Of a DNA stretch of 64,000 nucleotides, positions 40,701 through 55,400 are shown in pieces (position 1 is the first letter of the stretch; every line of letters begins with the position of its first letter). The notes beneath the pieces are model-generated. The model searched no databases. It was given only the letters and a program-made list of their open reading frames with translations, and was not told the origin of the DNA. The stretch is taken from assembly GCA_964016885.1 (NCBI GenBank), contig OZ024745.1, forward strand, positions 64,418,001-64,482,000, in the 5' to 3' direction. The position numbers and the translations under genes are program-made. The DNA comes from Eledone cirrhosa (Eukaryota).

Positions 40701-43400
40701 GATCCATTTTTTATTTGGGTGATCCATTTTTATTTGTAGATCCATTTTTTAATTGGGGGATCCATTTTTTATTTAGTTGATCCATTTTTTAATTGGGGGA
40801 TCCATTTTTTATTTGGGTGATCCATTTTTTATTTGGGTATTCCATTTTTTATTTGTGGGATCCATTTTTTATTTGGGGGATCCATTTTTTATTTGGGGGA
40901 TCCAATTTTATTTGGGTGATCCATTTTTTATTTGGGTGATCCATTTTTTATTTGGGGTATCCAATTTTTATTTGGGTGATCCATTTTTTATTTGGGTGAT
41001 ACATTTTTTATTTGGGGGATCCATTTTTTATTTGGGTGATCCATTTTTTATTTGTGGAATCCATTTTTTATTTGGGGGATCCATTTTTTATTTGGGTGAT
41101 CCATTTTTTATTTGGGTGATCCATTTTTTATTTGGGGGATCCATTTTTTATTTGGGGGGTCCATTTTTTATTTGGGTGATCCATTTTTTATTTGGGGGAT
41201 CCATTTTTTAATTGGGTGATCCATTTTTTATTTGGGGGATCCATTTTTTATTTGGGTGATCCATTTTTTATTTGGGGGATCCATTTTTTATTTGGGTGAT
41301 CCATATTTTATTTGGGTGATCCATTTTTTATTTGGGGGATCCTTTTTTTATTTGGGTGATCCATTTTTTATTTGGGGGATTCATTTTTTATTTGGGTGAT
41401 CCATATTTTATTTGGGTGATCCATTTTTTATTTGGGGGATCCATTTTTTATTTGGGTGATCCATTATTTATTTGCGGGATCCATTTTTTATTTGGGGGAT
41501 CCATTTTTTATTTGGGTGATCCATTTTTTATTTCGGGGATCCATTTTTTATTTGGGTGATCCATTTTTTATTTGTGGGATCCATTTTTTATTTGGGGGAT
41601 CCATTTTTTATTTGGAGGATCCATTTTTTATTTGGGTGATCCATTTTTTATTTGGGTGATCCATTTATTATTTGGGGGATCCATTTTTTATTTGGGGGCA
41701 GAATTTTTATTTGGGTGATCCATTTTCTATTTGGGTGATCCATTTTTTATTTGGGTGATCCATTTTTTATTTGGGGGATCCATTTTTTATTTGGGGGCAG
41801 AATTTTTATTTGGGTGATCCACTTTCTATTTGGGTGATCCATTTTTTATTTGGGGGATCCATTTTTTATTTGGGGGATCCTTTTTTATTTGGGTGATCCA
41901 TTTTTTATTTGGGGGATCCATTTTTTATTTGGGTGATCCATTTTTTATTTGTGGGATCCATTTTTTATTTGGGGGATCCATTTTTTATTTGGGGGATCCA
42001 TTTTTTATTTGGGTGATCCATTTTTTATTTGGGGGATCCATTTTTTATTTGGGTGATCCATTTTTTATTTGGGTGATCCATTTTTTATTTGGGGGATCCA
42101 TTTATTATTTGGGGGATCCATTTTTTATTTGGGTGATCCATTCTTTATTTGGGTGATCCATTTTTTATTTGGGGGATCCATTTTTTATTTTGGGTGATCC
42201 ATTTTTTATTAGGGGGATCCATTTTTTATTTGGGTGATCCATTTTTATTTGTAGATCCATTTTTTATTTGGGTGATCCATTTTTTAATTGGATGATCCAT
42301 TTTTTATTTGGGGGATCCATTTTTTATTTGGGGGATCCATTATTTATTCGGGTGATCCATTTTTTATTTGGGTGATCCATTTTTTATTTGGGGGATCCAT
42401 TTTTTATTTGGGTGATCCATTTTTTATTTGGGTGATCCATTTTTTAATTGGGGGATCCATTTTTCATTTAGTTGATCCATTTTTTAATTGGGTGATCCAT
42501 TTTTTATTTGGGGGATCCATTTTTTATTTGGGGGATCCATTGTTTATTTGGGTGATCCATTGTTTATTTGGGTGATCCATTTTTTATTTGGGTGATCCAT
42601 TTTTTATTTGGGGGATCCATTTTTTATTTGGGGGATCCATTTTTTATTTGGGTGATCCATTTTTTATTTGGGTGATCCATTTTTTATTTGTGGGATCCAT
42701 TTTTTATTTGGGGGATCCATTTTTTATTTGGGGGATCCTTTTTTTATTTGGGTGATCCATTTTTTATTTGGGTGATCCATTTTTTATTTGGGGGATCCAT
42801 TTTTTATTTGGGTGATCCATTTTTTATTTGGGTGATCCATTTTTTATTTGGGGGATCCATTTTTTATTTGGGTGATCCATTTTTTATTTGGGGGATCCAT
42901 TTTTTATTTGGGGGATCCATTTTTTATTTGGGTGATACATTTTTTATTTGGGTGATCCATTTTTTATTTGGGTGATACATTTTTAATTTGGGTGATCCAT
43001 TTTTTATTTGGGGGATCCATTTTTTATTTGGGTGATCCATTTTTTATTTGGGGGATCCATTTTTTATTTGGGTGATCCATTTTTTATTTGGGTGATCCAT
43101 TTTTTAATTGGGTGATCCATTTTTTATTTGGGGGATCCATTTTTTATTTGGGTGATCCATTTTTTATTTGGGTGGTCCATTTTTTATTTGGGTGATCCAT
43201 TTTTTATTTGGGGGATCCATTATTTATTTGGGTGATCCATTTTTTATTTGGGGATCCATTTTTTATTTGGGTGATCCATTTTTTATTTGGGTGATCCATT
43301 TTTTATTTGGGGGATCCATTTTTTATTTGGGTGATCCATTTTTTATTTGGGGGGTCCATTTTTTATTTGGAGGATCCATTTTTATTTGGGTGATCCATTT
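28700..43400. repeat. Overlapping higher-order repeats with periods 3,231, 4,829 and 5,424 bp
   Basis: ORF-track offsets: 28804/32035, 29204/32435 and 29684/32915 (3,231); 31079/35908, 31577/36406 and 32915/37744 (4,829); 34890/40314, 35908/41332 and 37744/43168 (5,424). The gggggcagaa marker at 31441, 36270 and 41694 agrees. Confidence 0.85.
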
Positions 43401-46400
43401 TTTATTTGGGGGATCCATTTTTTATTTGGGTGATCCATTTTTTATTTGGGTTGATCCCTTTTTTATTTGGGGGATCCATTTTTTATTTGGGTGATCCATT
43501 TTTTATTTGGGGGATCCATTTTTTATTTGGGGGATCCATTTCTTATTTGGGTGATCCATTTTTTATTTGGGGGATCCATTTTTTATTTGGGTGATACATT
43601 TTTTAATTGGGTGATCCATTTTTATTTGGGTGATCCATTTTTTACTTGGGGGATCCATTTTTTATTTGGGGGATCCATTTTTTATTTTGCTGATTCATTT
43701 TTTATTTGGGTGATCCATATTTTATTTGGGGGTATCCATTTTTTATTTGGGTGATCCATTTTTTATTTGGGGGATCCATTTTTTATTTGGGTGATCCATT
43801 TTTTATTTGGGTGATCCATTTTTTATTTGGGGGATCCAATTTTTATTTGGGTGATCCATTTTTTATTTGGGTGATCCATTTTTTATTTGTGGGATCCATT
43901 TTTTATTTGGGGCATCCATTTTTTATTTGGGTGATCCATTTTTATTTGGAGATCCATTTTGTACTTGGGTGATCCATTTGTTAATTGGGTGATCCATTTT
44001 TTATTTGGGTGATCCATTTTTTATTTGGGGGATTCATTTTTTATTTGGGTGATCCATTTTTTATTTGGGTGGTCCATTTTTTATTTGGGTGATCCATTTT
44101 TTATTTGGGGGATCCATTTTTTATTTGGGTGATCCATTTTTTATTTGGGGATCCATTTTTTATATGGGTGATCCATTCTTTATTTGGGTGATCCATTTAT
44201 TATTTGGGTGATCCATTTTTTATTTGGGGGGTCCATTTTTTATTTGGGGGATCCATTTTTATTTGGGTGATCCATTTTTTATTTGGGGGATCCATTTTTT
44301 ATTTGGGTGACCCCTTTTTTATTTGGGGGATCCATTATTTATTTGGGTGATCCATTTTTTATTTGGGGATCCATTTTTTATTTGGGGGATTCATTTTTTA
44401 TTTGGGTGATCCATTTTTTATTAGGGGGATCCATTTTTTATTTGGGTGATCCATTTTTATTTGGAGATCCATTTTTTATTTAGGTGATCCATTTTATAAT
44501 TGGGTGATCCATTTTTTATTTGGGGGATCCATTTTTTATTTGGGGGATCCATTATTTATTTGGGTGATCCATTTTTTATTTGGGTGATCCATTTTTTATT
44601 TGGGTGATCCATTTTTTATTTGGGTGATCCATTTTTTATTTGGGTGATCCATTTTTTATTTGGGGGATCCATTTTTTATTTGGGTGATCCATTTTTTATT
44701 TGGGGGATCCATTTTTTATTTGGGTGATCCATTTTTTATTTGGGGAATCCATTTTTTATTTCGGGGATCCATTTTTTATTTGGGTGATTCATTTTTTATT
44801 TGGGGGATTCATTTTTTATTTGGGTGATCCATTTTTTTTATTTGGGGGTCCATTTTTTATTTGGGTGATCCATTTTTTATTTGGGTGATCCATTTTTTAT
44901 TTGGGGGATCCATTTTTTATTTGGGTCATCCATTTTTTATTTGGGGAACCATTTTTTATTTGGGGGATCCATTTTTTATTTTGGGTGATCTATTTTTTAT
45001 TAGGGGGATCCATTTTTTATTTGGGTGATCCATTTTTATTTGTAGATCCATTTTTTAATTGGGGGATCCATTTTTTATTTAGTTGATCCATTTTTTAATT
45101 GGGTGATCCATTTTTTATTTGGGTGATCCATTTTTTATTTGGGTATTCCATTTTTTATTTGTGGGATCCATTTTTTATTTGGGTGATCCATTTTTTATTT
45201 GGGGGATCCAGTTTTTATTTGGGTCATCCATTTTTTATTTGGGGTATCCATTTTTTATTTGAGGGATCCATTTTTTATTTTGGGTGATCCATTTTTTATT
45301 AGGGGGATCCATTTTTTATTTGGGTGATCCATTTTTATTTGTAGATCCATTTTTTATTTGGGTGATCCATTTTTTAATTGGATGATCCATTTTTTATTTG
45401 GGGGATCCATTTTTTATTTGGGGGATCCATTATTTATTTGGGTGATCCATTTTTTATTTGGGTGATCCATTTTTTATTTGGGGGATCCATTTTTTATTTG
45501 GGTGATCCATTTTTTATTTGGGTGATCCATTTTTTAATTGGGGGATCCATTTTTAATTTAGTTGATCCATTTTTTAATTGGGTGATCCATTTTTTATTTG
45601 GGGGATCCATTTTTTATTTGGGGGATCCATTGTTTATTTGGGTGATTCATTGTTTATTTGGGTGATCCATTTTTTATTTGGGTGATCCATTTTTTATTTG
45701 GGGGATCCATTTTTTATTTGGGGGATCCATTTTTTATTTGGGTGATCCATTTTTTATTTGTGGGATCCATTTTTTATTTGGGGGATCCATTTTTTATTTG
45801 GGGGATCCTTTTTTTATTTGGGTGATCCATTTTTTATTTGGGTGATCCATTTTTTATTTGGGGGATCCATTTTTTATTTGGGTGATCCATTTTTTATTTG
45901 GGTGATCCATTTTTTATTTGGGGGATCCATTTTTTATTGGGGTGATCCATTTTTTATTTGGGGGATCCATTTTTTATTTGGGGGATCCATTTTTTATTTG
46001 GGTGATACATTTTTTATTTGGGTGATCCATTTTTTATTTGGGTGATACATTTTTAATTTGGGTGATCCATTTTTTATTTGGGGGATCCATTTTTTATTTG
46101 GGTGATCCATTTTTTATTTGGGGGATCCATTTTTTATTTGGGTGATCCATTTTTTATTTGGGTGATCCATTTTTTAATTGGGTGATCCATTTTTTATTTG
46201 GGGGATCCATTTTTTATTTGGGTGATCCATTTTTTATTTGGGTGGTCCATTTTTTATTTGGGTGATCCATTTTTTATTTGGGGGATCCATTATTTATTTG
46301 GGTGATCCATTTTTTATTTGGGGATCCATTTTTTATTTGGGTGATCCATTTTTTATTTGGGTGATCCATTTTTTATTTGGGGGATCCATTTTTTATTTGG

Positions 46401-49400
46401 GTGATCCATTTTTTATTTGGGGGGTCCATTTTTTATTTGGGGGATCCATTTTTATTTGGGTGATCCATTTTTTATTTAGGGGATCCATTTTTTATTTGTG
46501 TGATCCATTTTTTATTTGGGTTTATCCCTTTTTTATTTGGGGGATCCATTTTTTATTTGGGTGATCCATTTTTTATTTGGGGGATCCATTTTTTATTTGG
46601 GGGATCCATTTCTTATTTGGGTGATCCATTTTTTATTAGGGGGATCCATTTTTTATTTGGGTGATCCATTTTTATTTGGAGATCCATTTTTTATTTAGGT
46701 GATCTATTTTATAATTGGGCGATCCATTTTTTATTTGGGGGATCCATTTTTTATTTGGGGGATCCATTATTTATTTGGGTGATCCATTTTTTATTTGGGT
46801 GATCCATTTTTTATTTGGGTGATCCATTTTTTATTTGGGTGATCCATTTTTTATTTGGGTGATCCATTTTTTATTTGGGGGATCCATTTTTTATTTGGGT
46901 GATCCATTTTTTATTTGGGTGATCCATTTTTTATTTGAGGGATCCATTTTTTATTTGGGTGATCCATTTTTTATTTGGGTGATCCATTTTTTATTTGGGG
47001 GATCCATTTTTTATTTGGGGGATCCATTTTTTATTTGGGGGATCCATTTTTTATTTGGGGGATCCATTTTTTATTTGGGGGATCCATTTTTTATTTGGGT
47101 GATCCATTTTTTATTTGGGGGATCCATTTTTTATTTCGGGGATCCATTTTTTATTTGGGTGATTCATTTTTTATTTGAGGGATCCATTTTTTTTATTTGG
47201 GGGTCCATTTTTTATTTGGGTGATCCATTTTTTATTTGGGTGATCCATTTTTTATTTGGGGGATCCATTTTTTATTTGGGTCATCCATTTTTTATTTGGG
47301 GAACCATTTTTTATTTGGGGGATCCATTTTTTATTTTGGGTGATCTATTTTTTATTAGGGGGATCCATTTTCTATTTGGGTGATCCATTTTTATTTGTAG
47401 ATCCATTTTTTAATTGGGGGATCCATTTTTTATTTAGTTGATCCATTTTTTAATTGGGTGATCCATTTTTTATTTGGGTGATCCATTTTTTATTTGGGTA
47501 TTCCATTTTCTATTTGTGGGATCCATTTTTTATTTGGGGGATCCATTTTTTATTTGGGGGATCCAATTTTATTTGGGTGATCCATTTTTTATTTGGGTGA
47601 TCCATTTTTTATTTGGGGGATCCAATTTTTATTTTGGTGATCCATTTTTTATTTGGGTGATACATTTTTTATTTGGGGGATCCATTTTTTATTTGGGTGA
47701 TCCATTTTTTATTTGTGGAATCCATTTTTTATTTGGGGGATCCATTTTTTATTTGGGTGATCCATTTTTTATTTGGGTGATCCATTTTTTATTTGGGGGA
47801 TCCATTTTTAATTTGGGTGATCCATTTTTTATTTGGGGGATCCATTTTTTATTTGGGTGATCCATTTTTTATTTGGGGGATCCATTTTTTAATTGGGTGA
47901 TCCATTTTTTATTTGGGGGATCCATTTTTTATTTGGGTGATCCATTTTTTATTTGGGGGATCCATTTTTTATTTGGGTGATCCATATTTTATTTGGGTGA
48001 TCCATTTTTTATTTGGGGGATCCTTTTTTTATTTGGGTGATCCATTTTTTATTTGGGGGATTCATTTTTTATTTGGGTGATCCATTTTTTATTTGGGTGA
48101 TCCATTTTTTATTTGGGGGATCCATTTTTTATTTGGGTGATCCATTATTTATTTGGGGGATCCCTTTTTTATTTGGGGGATCCATTTTTTATTTGGGTGA
48201 TCCATTATTTATTTGGGGGATCCATTTTTTATTTGGGTGATCCATTTTTTATTTGGGGGATCCATTTTTTATTTGGGTGATCCATTTTTTATTTGTGGGA
48301 TCCATTTTTTATTTGGGGGATCCATTTTTTATTTGGAGGATCCATTTTTTATTTGGGTGATCCATTTTTTATTTGGGTGATCCATTTATTATTTGGGGGA
48401 TCCATTTTTTATTTGGGGGCAGAATTTTTATTTGGGTGATCCATTTTCTATTTGGGTGATCCATTTTTTATTTGGGTGATCCATTTTTTATTTGGGGGAT
48501 CCATTTTTTATTTGGGGGCAGAATTTTTATTTGGGTGATCCACTTTCTATTTGGGTGATCCATTTTTTATTTGGGTGATCCATTTTTTATTTGGGTATTC
48601 CATTTTTTATTTGTGGGATCCATTTTTTATTTGGGTGATCCATTTTTTATTTGGGGGATCCAGTTTTTATTTGGGTCATCCATTTTTTATTTGGGGTATC
48701 CATTTTTTATTTGGGGGATCCATTTTTTATTTTGGGTGATCCATTTTTTATTAGGGGGATCCATTTTTTATTTGGGTGATCCATTTTTATTTGTAGATCC
48801 ATTTTTTATTTGGGTGATCCATTTTTTAATTGGATGATCCATTTTTTATTTGGGGGATCCATTTTTTATTTGGGGGATCCATTATTTATTTGGGTGATCC
48901 ATTTTTTATTTGGGTGATCCATTTTTTATTTGGGGGATCCATTTTTTATTTGGGTGATCCATTTTTTATTTGGGTGATCCATTTTTTAATTGGGGGATCC
49001 ATTTTTTATTTAGTTGATCCATTTTTTAATTGGGTGATCCATTTTTTATTTGGGGGATCCATTTTTTATTTGGGGGATCCATTGTTTATTTGGGTGATTC
49101 ATTGTTTATTTGGGTGATCCATTTTTTATTTGGGTGATCCATTTTTTATTTGGGGGATCCATTTTTTATTTGGGGGATCCATTTTTTATTTGGGTGATCC
49201 ATTTTTTATTTGGGTGATCCATTTTTTATTTGTGGGATCCATTTTTTATTTGGGGGATCCATTTTTTATTTGGGGGATCCTTTTTTTATTTGGGTGATCC
49301 ATTTTTTATTTGGGTGATCCATTTTTTATTTGGGGGATCCATTTTTTATTTGGGTGATCCATTTTTTATTTGGGTGATCCATTTTTTGGGGGGGGGATCC

Positions 49401-52400
49401 ATTTTTTATTTGGGTGATCCATTTTTTATTTGGGGGATCCATTTTTTATTTGGGGGATCCATTTTTTATTTGGGTGATACATTTTTTATTTGGGTGATCC
49501 ATTTTTTATTTGGGTGATCCATTTTTTATTTGGGTTGATCCCTTTTTTATTTGGGGGATCCATTTTTTATTTGGGTGATCCATTTTTTATTTGGGGGATC
49601 CATTTTTTATTTGGGGGATCCATTTTTTATTTGGGTGATCCATTTTTTATTTGGGGGATCCATTTTTTATTTGGGGGATCCATTGTTTATTTGGGTGATT
49701 CATTGTTTATTTGGGTGATCCATTTTTTATTTGGGTGATCCATTTTTTATTTGGGGGATCCATTTTTTATTTGGGGGATCCATTTTTTATTTGGGTGATC
49801 CATTTTTTATTTGGGTGATCCATTTTTTATTTGTGGGATCCATTTTTTATTTGGGGGATCCATTTTTTATTTGGGGGATCCTTTTTTTATTTGGGTGATC
49901 CATTTTTTATTTGGGTGATCCATTTTTTATTTGGGGGATCCATTTTTTATTTGGGTGATCCATTTTTTATTTGGGTGATCCATTTTTTATTTGGGGGATC
50001 CATTTTTTATTTGGGTGATCCATTTTTTATTTGGGGGATCCATTTTTTATTTGGGGGATCCATTTTTTATTTGGGTGATACATTTTTTATTTGGGTGATC
50101 CATTTTTTATTTGGGTGATACATTTTTAATTTGGGTGATCCATTTTTTATTTGGGGGATCCATTTTTTATTTGGGTGATCCATTTTTTATTTGGGGGATC
50201 CATTTTTTATTTGGGTGATCCATTTTTTATTTGGGTGATCCATTTTTTAATTGGGTGATCCATTTTTTATTTGGGGGATCCATTTTTTATTTGGGTGATC
50301 CATTTTTTATTTGGGTGGTCCATTTTTTATTTGGGTGATCCATTTTTTATTTGGGGGATCCATTATTTATTTGGGTGATCCATTTTTTATTTGGGGATCC
50401 ATTTTTTATTTGGGTGATCCATTTTTTATTTGGGTGATCCATTTTTTATTTGGGGGATCCATTTTTTATTTGGGTGATCCATTTTTTATTTGGGGGGTCC
50501 ATTTTTTATTTGGGGGATCCATTTTTATTTGGGTGATCCATTTTTTATTTAGGGGATCCATTTTTTATTTGTGTGATCCATTTTTTATTTGGGTTGATCC
50601 CTTTTTTATTTGGGGGATCCATTTTTTATTTGGGTGATCCATTTTTTATTTGGGGGATCCATTTTTTATTTGGGGGATCCATTTCTTATTTGGGTGATCC
50701 ATTTTTTATTAGGGGGATCCATTTTTTATTTGGGTGATCCATTTTTATTTGGAGATCCATTTTTTATTTAGGTGATCTATTTTATAATTGGGCGATCCAT
50801 TTTTTATTTGGGGGATCCATTTTTTATTTGGGGGATCCATTATTTATTTGGGTGATCCATTTTTTATTTGGGTGATCCATTTTTTATTTGGGTGATCCAT
50901 TTTTTATTTGGGTGATCCATTTTTTATTTGGGTGATCCATTTTTTATTTGGGGGATCCATTTTTTATTTGGGTGATCCATTTTTTATTTGGGTGATCCAT
51001 TTTTTATTTGAGGGATCCATTTTATATTTGGGTGATCCATTTTTTATTTGGGTGATCCATTTTTTATTTGGGGGATCCATTTTTTATTTGGGGGATCCAT
51101 TTTTTATTTGGGGGATCCATTTTTTATTTGGGTGATCCATTTTTTATTTGGGGGATCCATTTTTTATTTGGGTGATCCATTTTTTATTTGGGGGATCCAT
51201 TTTTTATTTCGGGGATCCATTTTTTATTTGGGTGATTCATTTTTTATTTGGGGGATCCATTTTTTTTATTTGGGGGTCCATTTTTTATTTGGGTGATCCA
51301 TTTTTTATTTGGGTGATCCATTTTTTATTTGGGGGATCCATTTTTTATTTGGGTCATCCATTTTTTATTTGGGGAACCATTTTTTATTTGGGGGATCCAT
51401 TTTTTATTTTGGGTGATCTATTTTTTATTAGGGGGATCCATTTTCTATTTGGGTGATCCATTTTTATTTGTAGATCCATTTTTTAATTGGGGGATCCATT
51501 TTTTATTTAGTTGATCCATTTTTTAATTGGGTGATCCATTTTTTATTTGGGTGATCCATTTTTTATTTGGGTATTCCATTTTTTATTTGTGGGATCCATT
51601 TTTTATTTGGGGGATCCATTTTTTATTTGGGGGATCCAATTTTATTTGGGTGATCCATTTTTTATTTGGGTGATCCATTTTTTATTTGGGGGATCCAATT
51701 TTTATTTGGGTGATCCATTTTTTATTTGGGTGATACATTTTTTATTTGGGGGATCCATTTTTTATTTGGGTGATCCATTTTTTATTTGTGGAATCCATTT
51801 TTTATTTGGGGGATCCATTTTTTATTTGGGTGATCCATTTTTTATTTGGGTGATCCATTTTTTATTTGGGGGATCCATTTTTAATTTGGGTGATCCATTT
51901 TTTATTTGGGGGATCCATTTTTTATTTGGGTGATCCATTTTTTATTTGGGGGATCCATTTTTTAAGTGGGTGATCCATTTTTTATTTGGGGGATCCATTT
52001 TTTATTTGGGTGATCCATTTTTTATTTGGGGGATCCATTTTTTATTTGGGTGATCCATATTTTATTTGGGTGATCCATTTTTTATTTGGGGGATCCTTTT
52101 TTTATTTGGGTGATCCATTTTTTATTTGGGGGATTCATTTTTTATTTGGGTGATCCATTTTTTATTTGGGTGATCCATTTTTTATTTGGGGGATCCATTT
52201 TTTATTTGGGTGATCCATTATTTATTTGGGTGATCCATTTTTTATTTGGGGGATCCATTGTTTATTTGGGTGATTCATTGTTTATTTGGGTGATCCATTT
52301 TTTATTTGGGTGATCCATTTTTTATTTGGGGGATCCATTTTTTATTTGGGGGATCCATTTTTTATTTGGGTGATCCATTTTTTATTTGGGTGATCCATTT

Positions 52401-55400
52401 TTTATTTGTGGGATCCATTTTTTATTTGGGGGATCCATTTTTTATTTGGGGGATCCTTTTTTTATTTGGGTGATCCATTTTTTATTTGGGGGATCCATTT
52501 TTTATTTGGGGGATCCATTTTTTATTTGGGTGATCCATTTTTTATTTGGGTGATCCATTTTTTTTTGGGGGGATCCATTTTTTATTTGGGTGATCCATTT
52601 TTTATTTGGGGGATCCATTTTTTATTTGGGGGATCCATTTTTTATTTGGGTGATACATTTTTTATTTGGGTGATCCATTTTTTATTTGGGTGATCCATTT
52701 TTTATTTGGGTTGATCCCTTTTTTATTTGGGGGATCCATTTTTTATTTGGGTGATCCATTTTTTATTTGGGGGATCCATTTTTTATTTGGGGGATCCATT
52801 TCTTATTTGGGTGATCCATTTTTTATTTGGGGGATCCATTTTTTATTTGGGTGATACATTTTTTAATTGGGTGATCCATTTTTATTTGGGTGATCCATTT
52901 TTTACTTGGGGGATCCATTTTTTATTTGGGGGATCCATTTTTTATTTTGCTGATTCATTTTTTATTTGGGTGATCCATATTTTATTTGGGGGTATCCATT
53001 TTTTATTTGGGGGATCCATTTTTTATTTGGGGGATCCATTTTTTATTTGGGTGATACATTTTTTATTTGGGTGATCCATTTTTTATTTGGGTGATACATT
53101 TTTAATTTGGGTGATCCATTTTTTATTTGGGGGATCCATTTTTTATTTGGGTGATCCATTTTTTATTTGGGGGATCCATTTTTTATTTGGGTGATCCATT
53201 TTTTATTTGGGTGATCCATTTTTTAATTGGGTGATCCATTTTTTATTTGGGGGATCCATTTTTTATTTGGGTGATCCATTTTTTATTTGGGTGGTCCATT
53301 TTTTATTTGGGTGATCCATTTTTTATTTGGGTGATCCATTTTTTATTTGGGTGATCTATTTTTTATTAGGGGGATCCATTTTTTATTTGGGTGATCCATT
53401 TTTATTTGTAGATCCATTTTTTAATTGGGGGATCCATTTTTTATTTAGTTGATCCATTTTTTAATTGGGTGATCCATTTTTTATTTGGGTGATCCATTTT
53501 TTATTTGGGTATTCCATTTTTTATTTGTGGGATCCATTTTTTATTTGGGTGATCCATTTTTTATTTGGGGGATCCAGTTTTTATTTGGGTCATCCATTTT
53601 TTATTTGGGGTATCCATTTTTTATTTGAGGGATCCATTTTTTATTTTGGGTGATCCATTTTTTATTAGGGGGATCCATTTTTTATTTGGGTGATCCATTT
53701 TTATTTGTAGATCCATTTTTTATTTGGGTGATCCATTTTTTAATTGGATGATCCATTTTTTATTTGGGGGATCCATTTTTTATTTGGGGGATCCATTATT
53801 TATTTGGGTGATCCATTTTTTATTTGGGTGATCCATTTTTTATTTGGGGGATCCATTTTTTATTTGGGTGATCCATTTTTTATTTGGGTGATCCATTTTT
53901 TAATTGGGGGATCCATTTTTAATTTAGTTGATCCATTTTTTAATTGGGTGATCCATTTTTTATTTGGGGGATCCATTTTTTATTTGGGGGATCCATTGTT
54001 TATTTGGGTGATTCATTGTTTATTTGGGTGATCCATTTTTTATTTGGGTGATCCATTTTTTATTTGGGGGATCCATTTTTTATTTGGGGGATCCATTTTT
54101 TATTTGGGTGATCCATTTTTTATTTGGGTGATCCATTTTTTATTTGTGGGATCCATTTTTTATTTGGGGGATCCATTTTTTATTTGGGGGATCCTTTTTT
54201 TATTTGGGTGATCCATTTTTTATTTGGGTGATCCATTTTTTATTTGGGGGATCCATTATTTATTTGGGTGATCCATTTTTTATTTGGGTGATCCATTTTT
54301 TATTTGGGGGATCCATTTTTTATTTGGGGGATCCATTATTTATTTGGGTGATCCATTTTTTATTTGGGGGATCCATTTCTTATTTGGGTGATCCATTTTT
54401 TATTAGGGGGATCCATTTTTTATTTGGGTGATCCATTTTTATTTGGAGATCCATTTTTTATTTAGGTGATCTATTTTATAATTGGGCGATCCATTTTTTA
54501 TTTGGGGGATCCATTTTTTATTTGGGGGATCCATTATTTATTTGGGTGATCCATTTTTTATTTGGGTGATCCATTTTTTATTTGGGTGATCCATTTTTTA
54601 TTTGGGTGATCCATTTTTTATTTGGGTGATCCATTTTTTATTTGGGGGATCCATTTTTTATTTGGGTGATCCATTTTTTATTTGGGTGATCCATTTTTTA
54701 TTTGAGGGATCCATTTTATATTTGGGTGATCCATTTTTTATTTGGGTGATCCATTTTTTATTTGGGGGATCCATTTTTTATTTGGGGGATCCATTTTTTA
54801 TTTGGGGGATCCATTTTTTATTTGGGTGATCCATTTTTTATTTGGGGGATCCATTTTTTATTTGGGTGATCCATTTTTTATTTGGGGGATCCATTTTTTA
54901 TTTCGGGGATCCATTTTTTATTTGGGTGATTCATTTTTTATTTGGGGGATCCATTTTTTTTATTTGGGGGTCCATTTTTTATTTGGATGATCCATTTTTT
55001 ATTTGGGTGATCCATTTTTTATTTGGGGGATCCATTTTTTATTTGGGTCATCCATTTTTTATTTGGGGAACCATTTTTTATTTGGGGGATCCATTTTTTA
55101 TTTTGGGTGATCTATTTTTTATTAGGGGGATCCATTTTTTATTTGGGTGATCCATTTTTATTTGTAGATCCATTTTTTAATTGGGGGATCCATTTTTTAT
55201 TTAGTTGATCCATTTTTTAATTGGGGGATCCATTTTTTATTTGGGTGATCCATTTTTTATTTGGGTATTCCATTTTTTATTTGTGGGATCCATTTTTTAT
55301 TTGGGGGATCCATTTTTTATTTGGGGGATCCAATTTTATTTGGGTGATCCATTTTTTATTTGGGTGATCCATTTTTTATTTGGGGTATCCAATTTTTATT

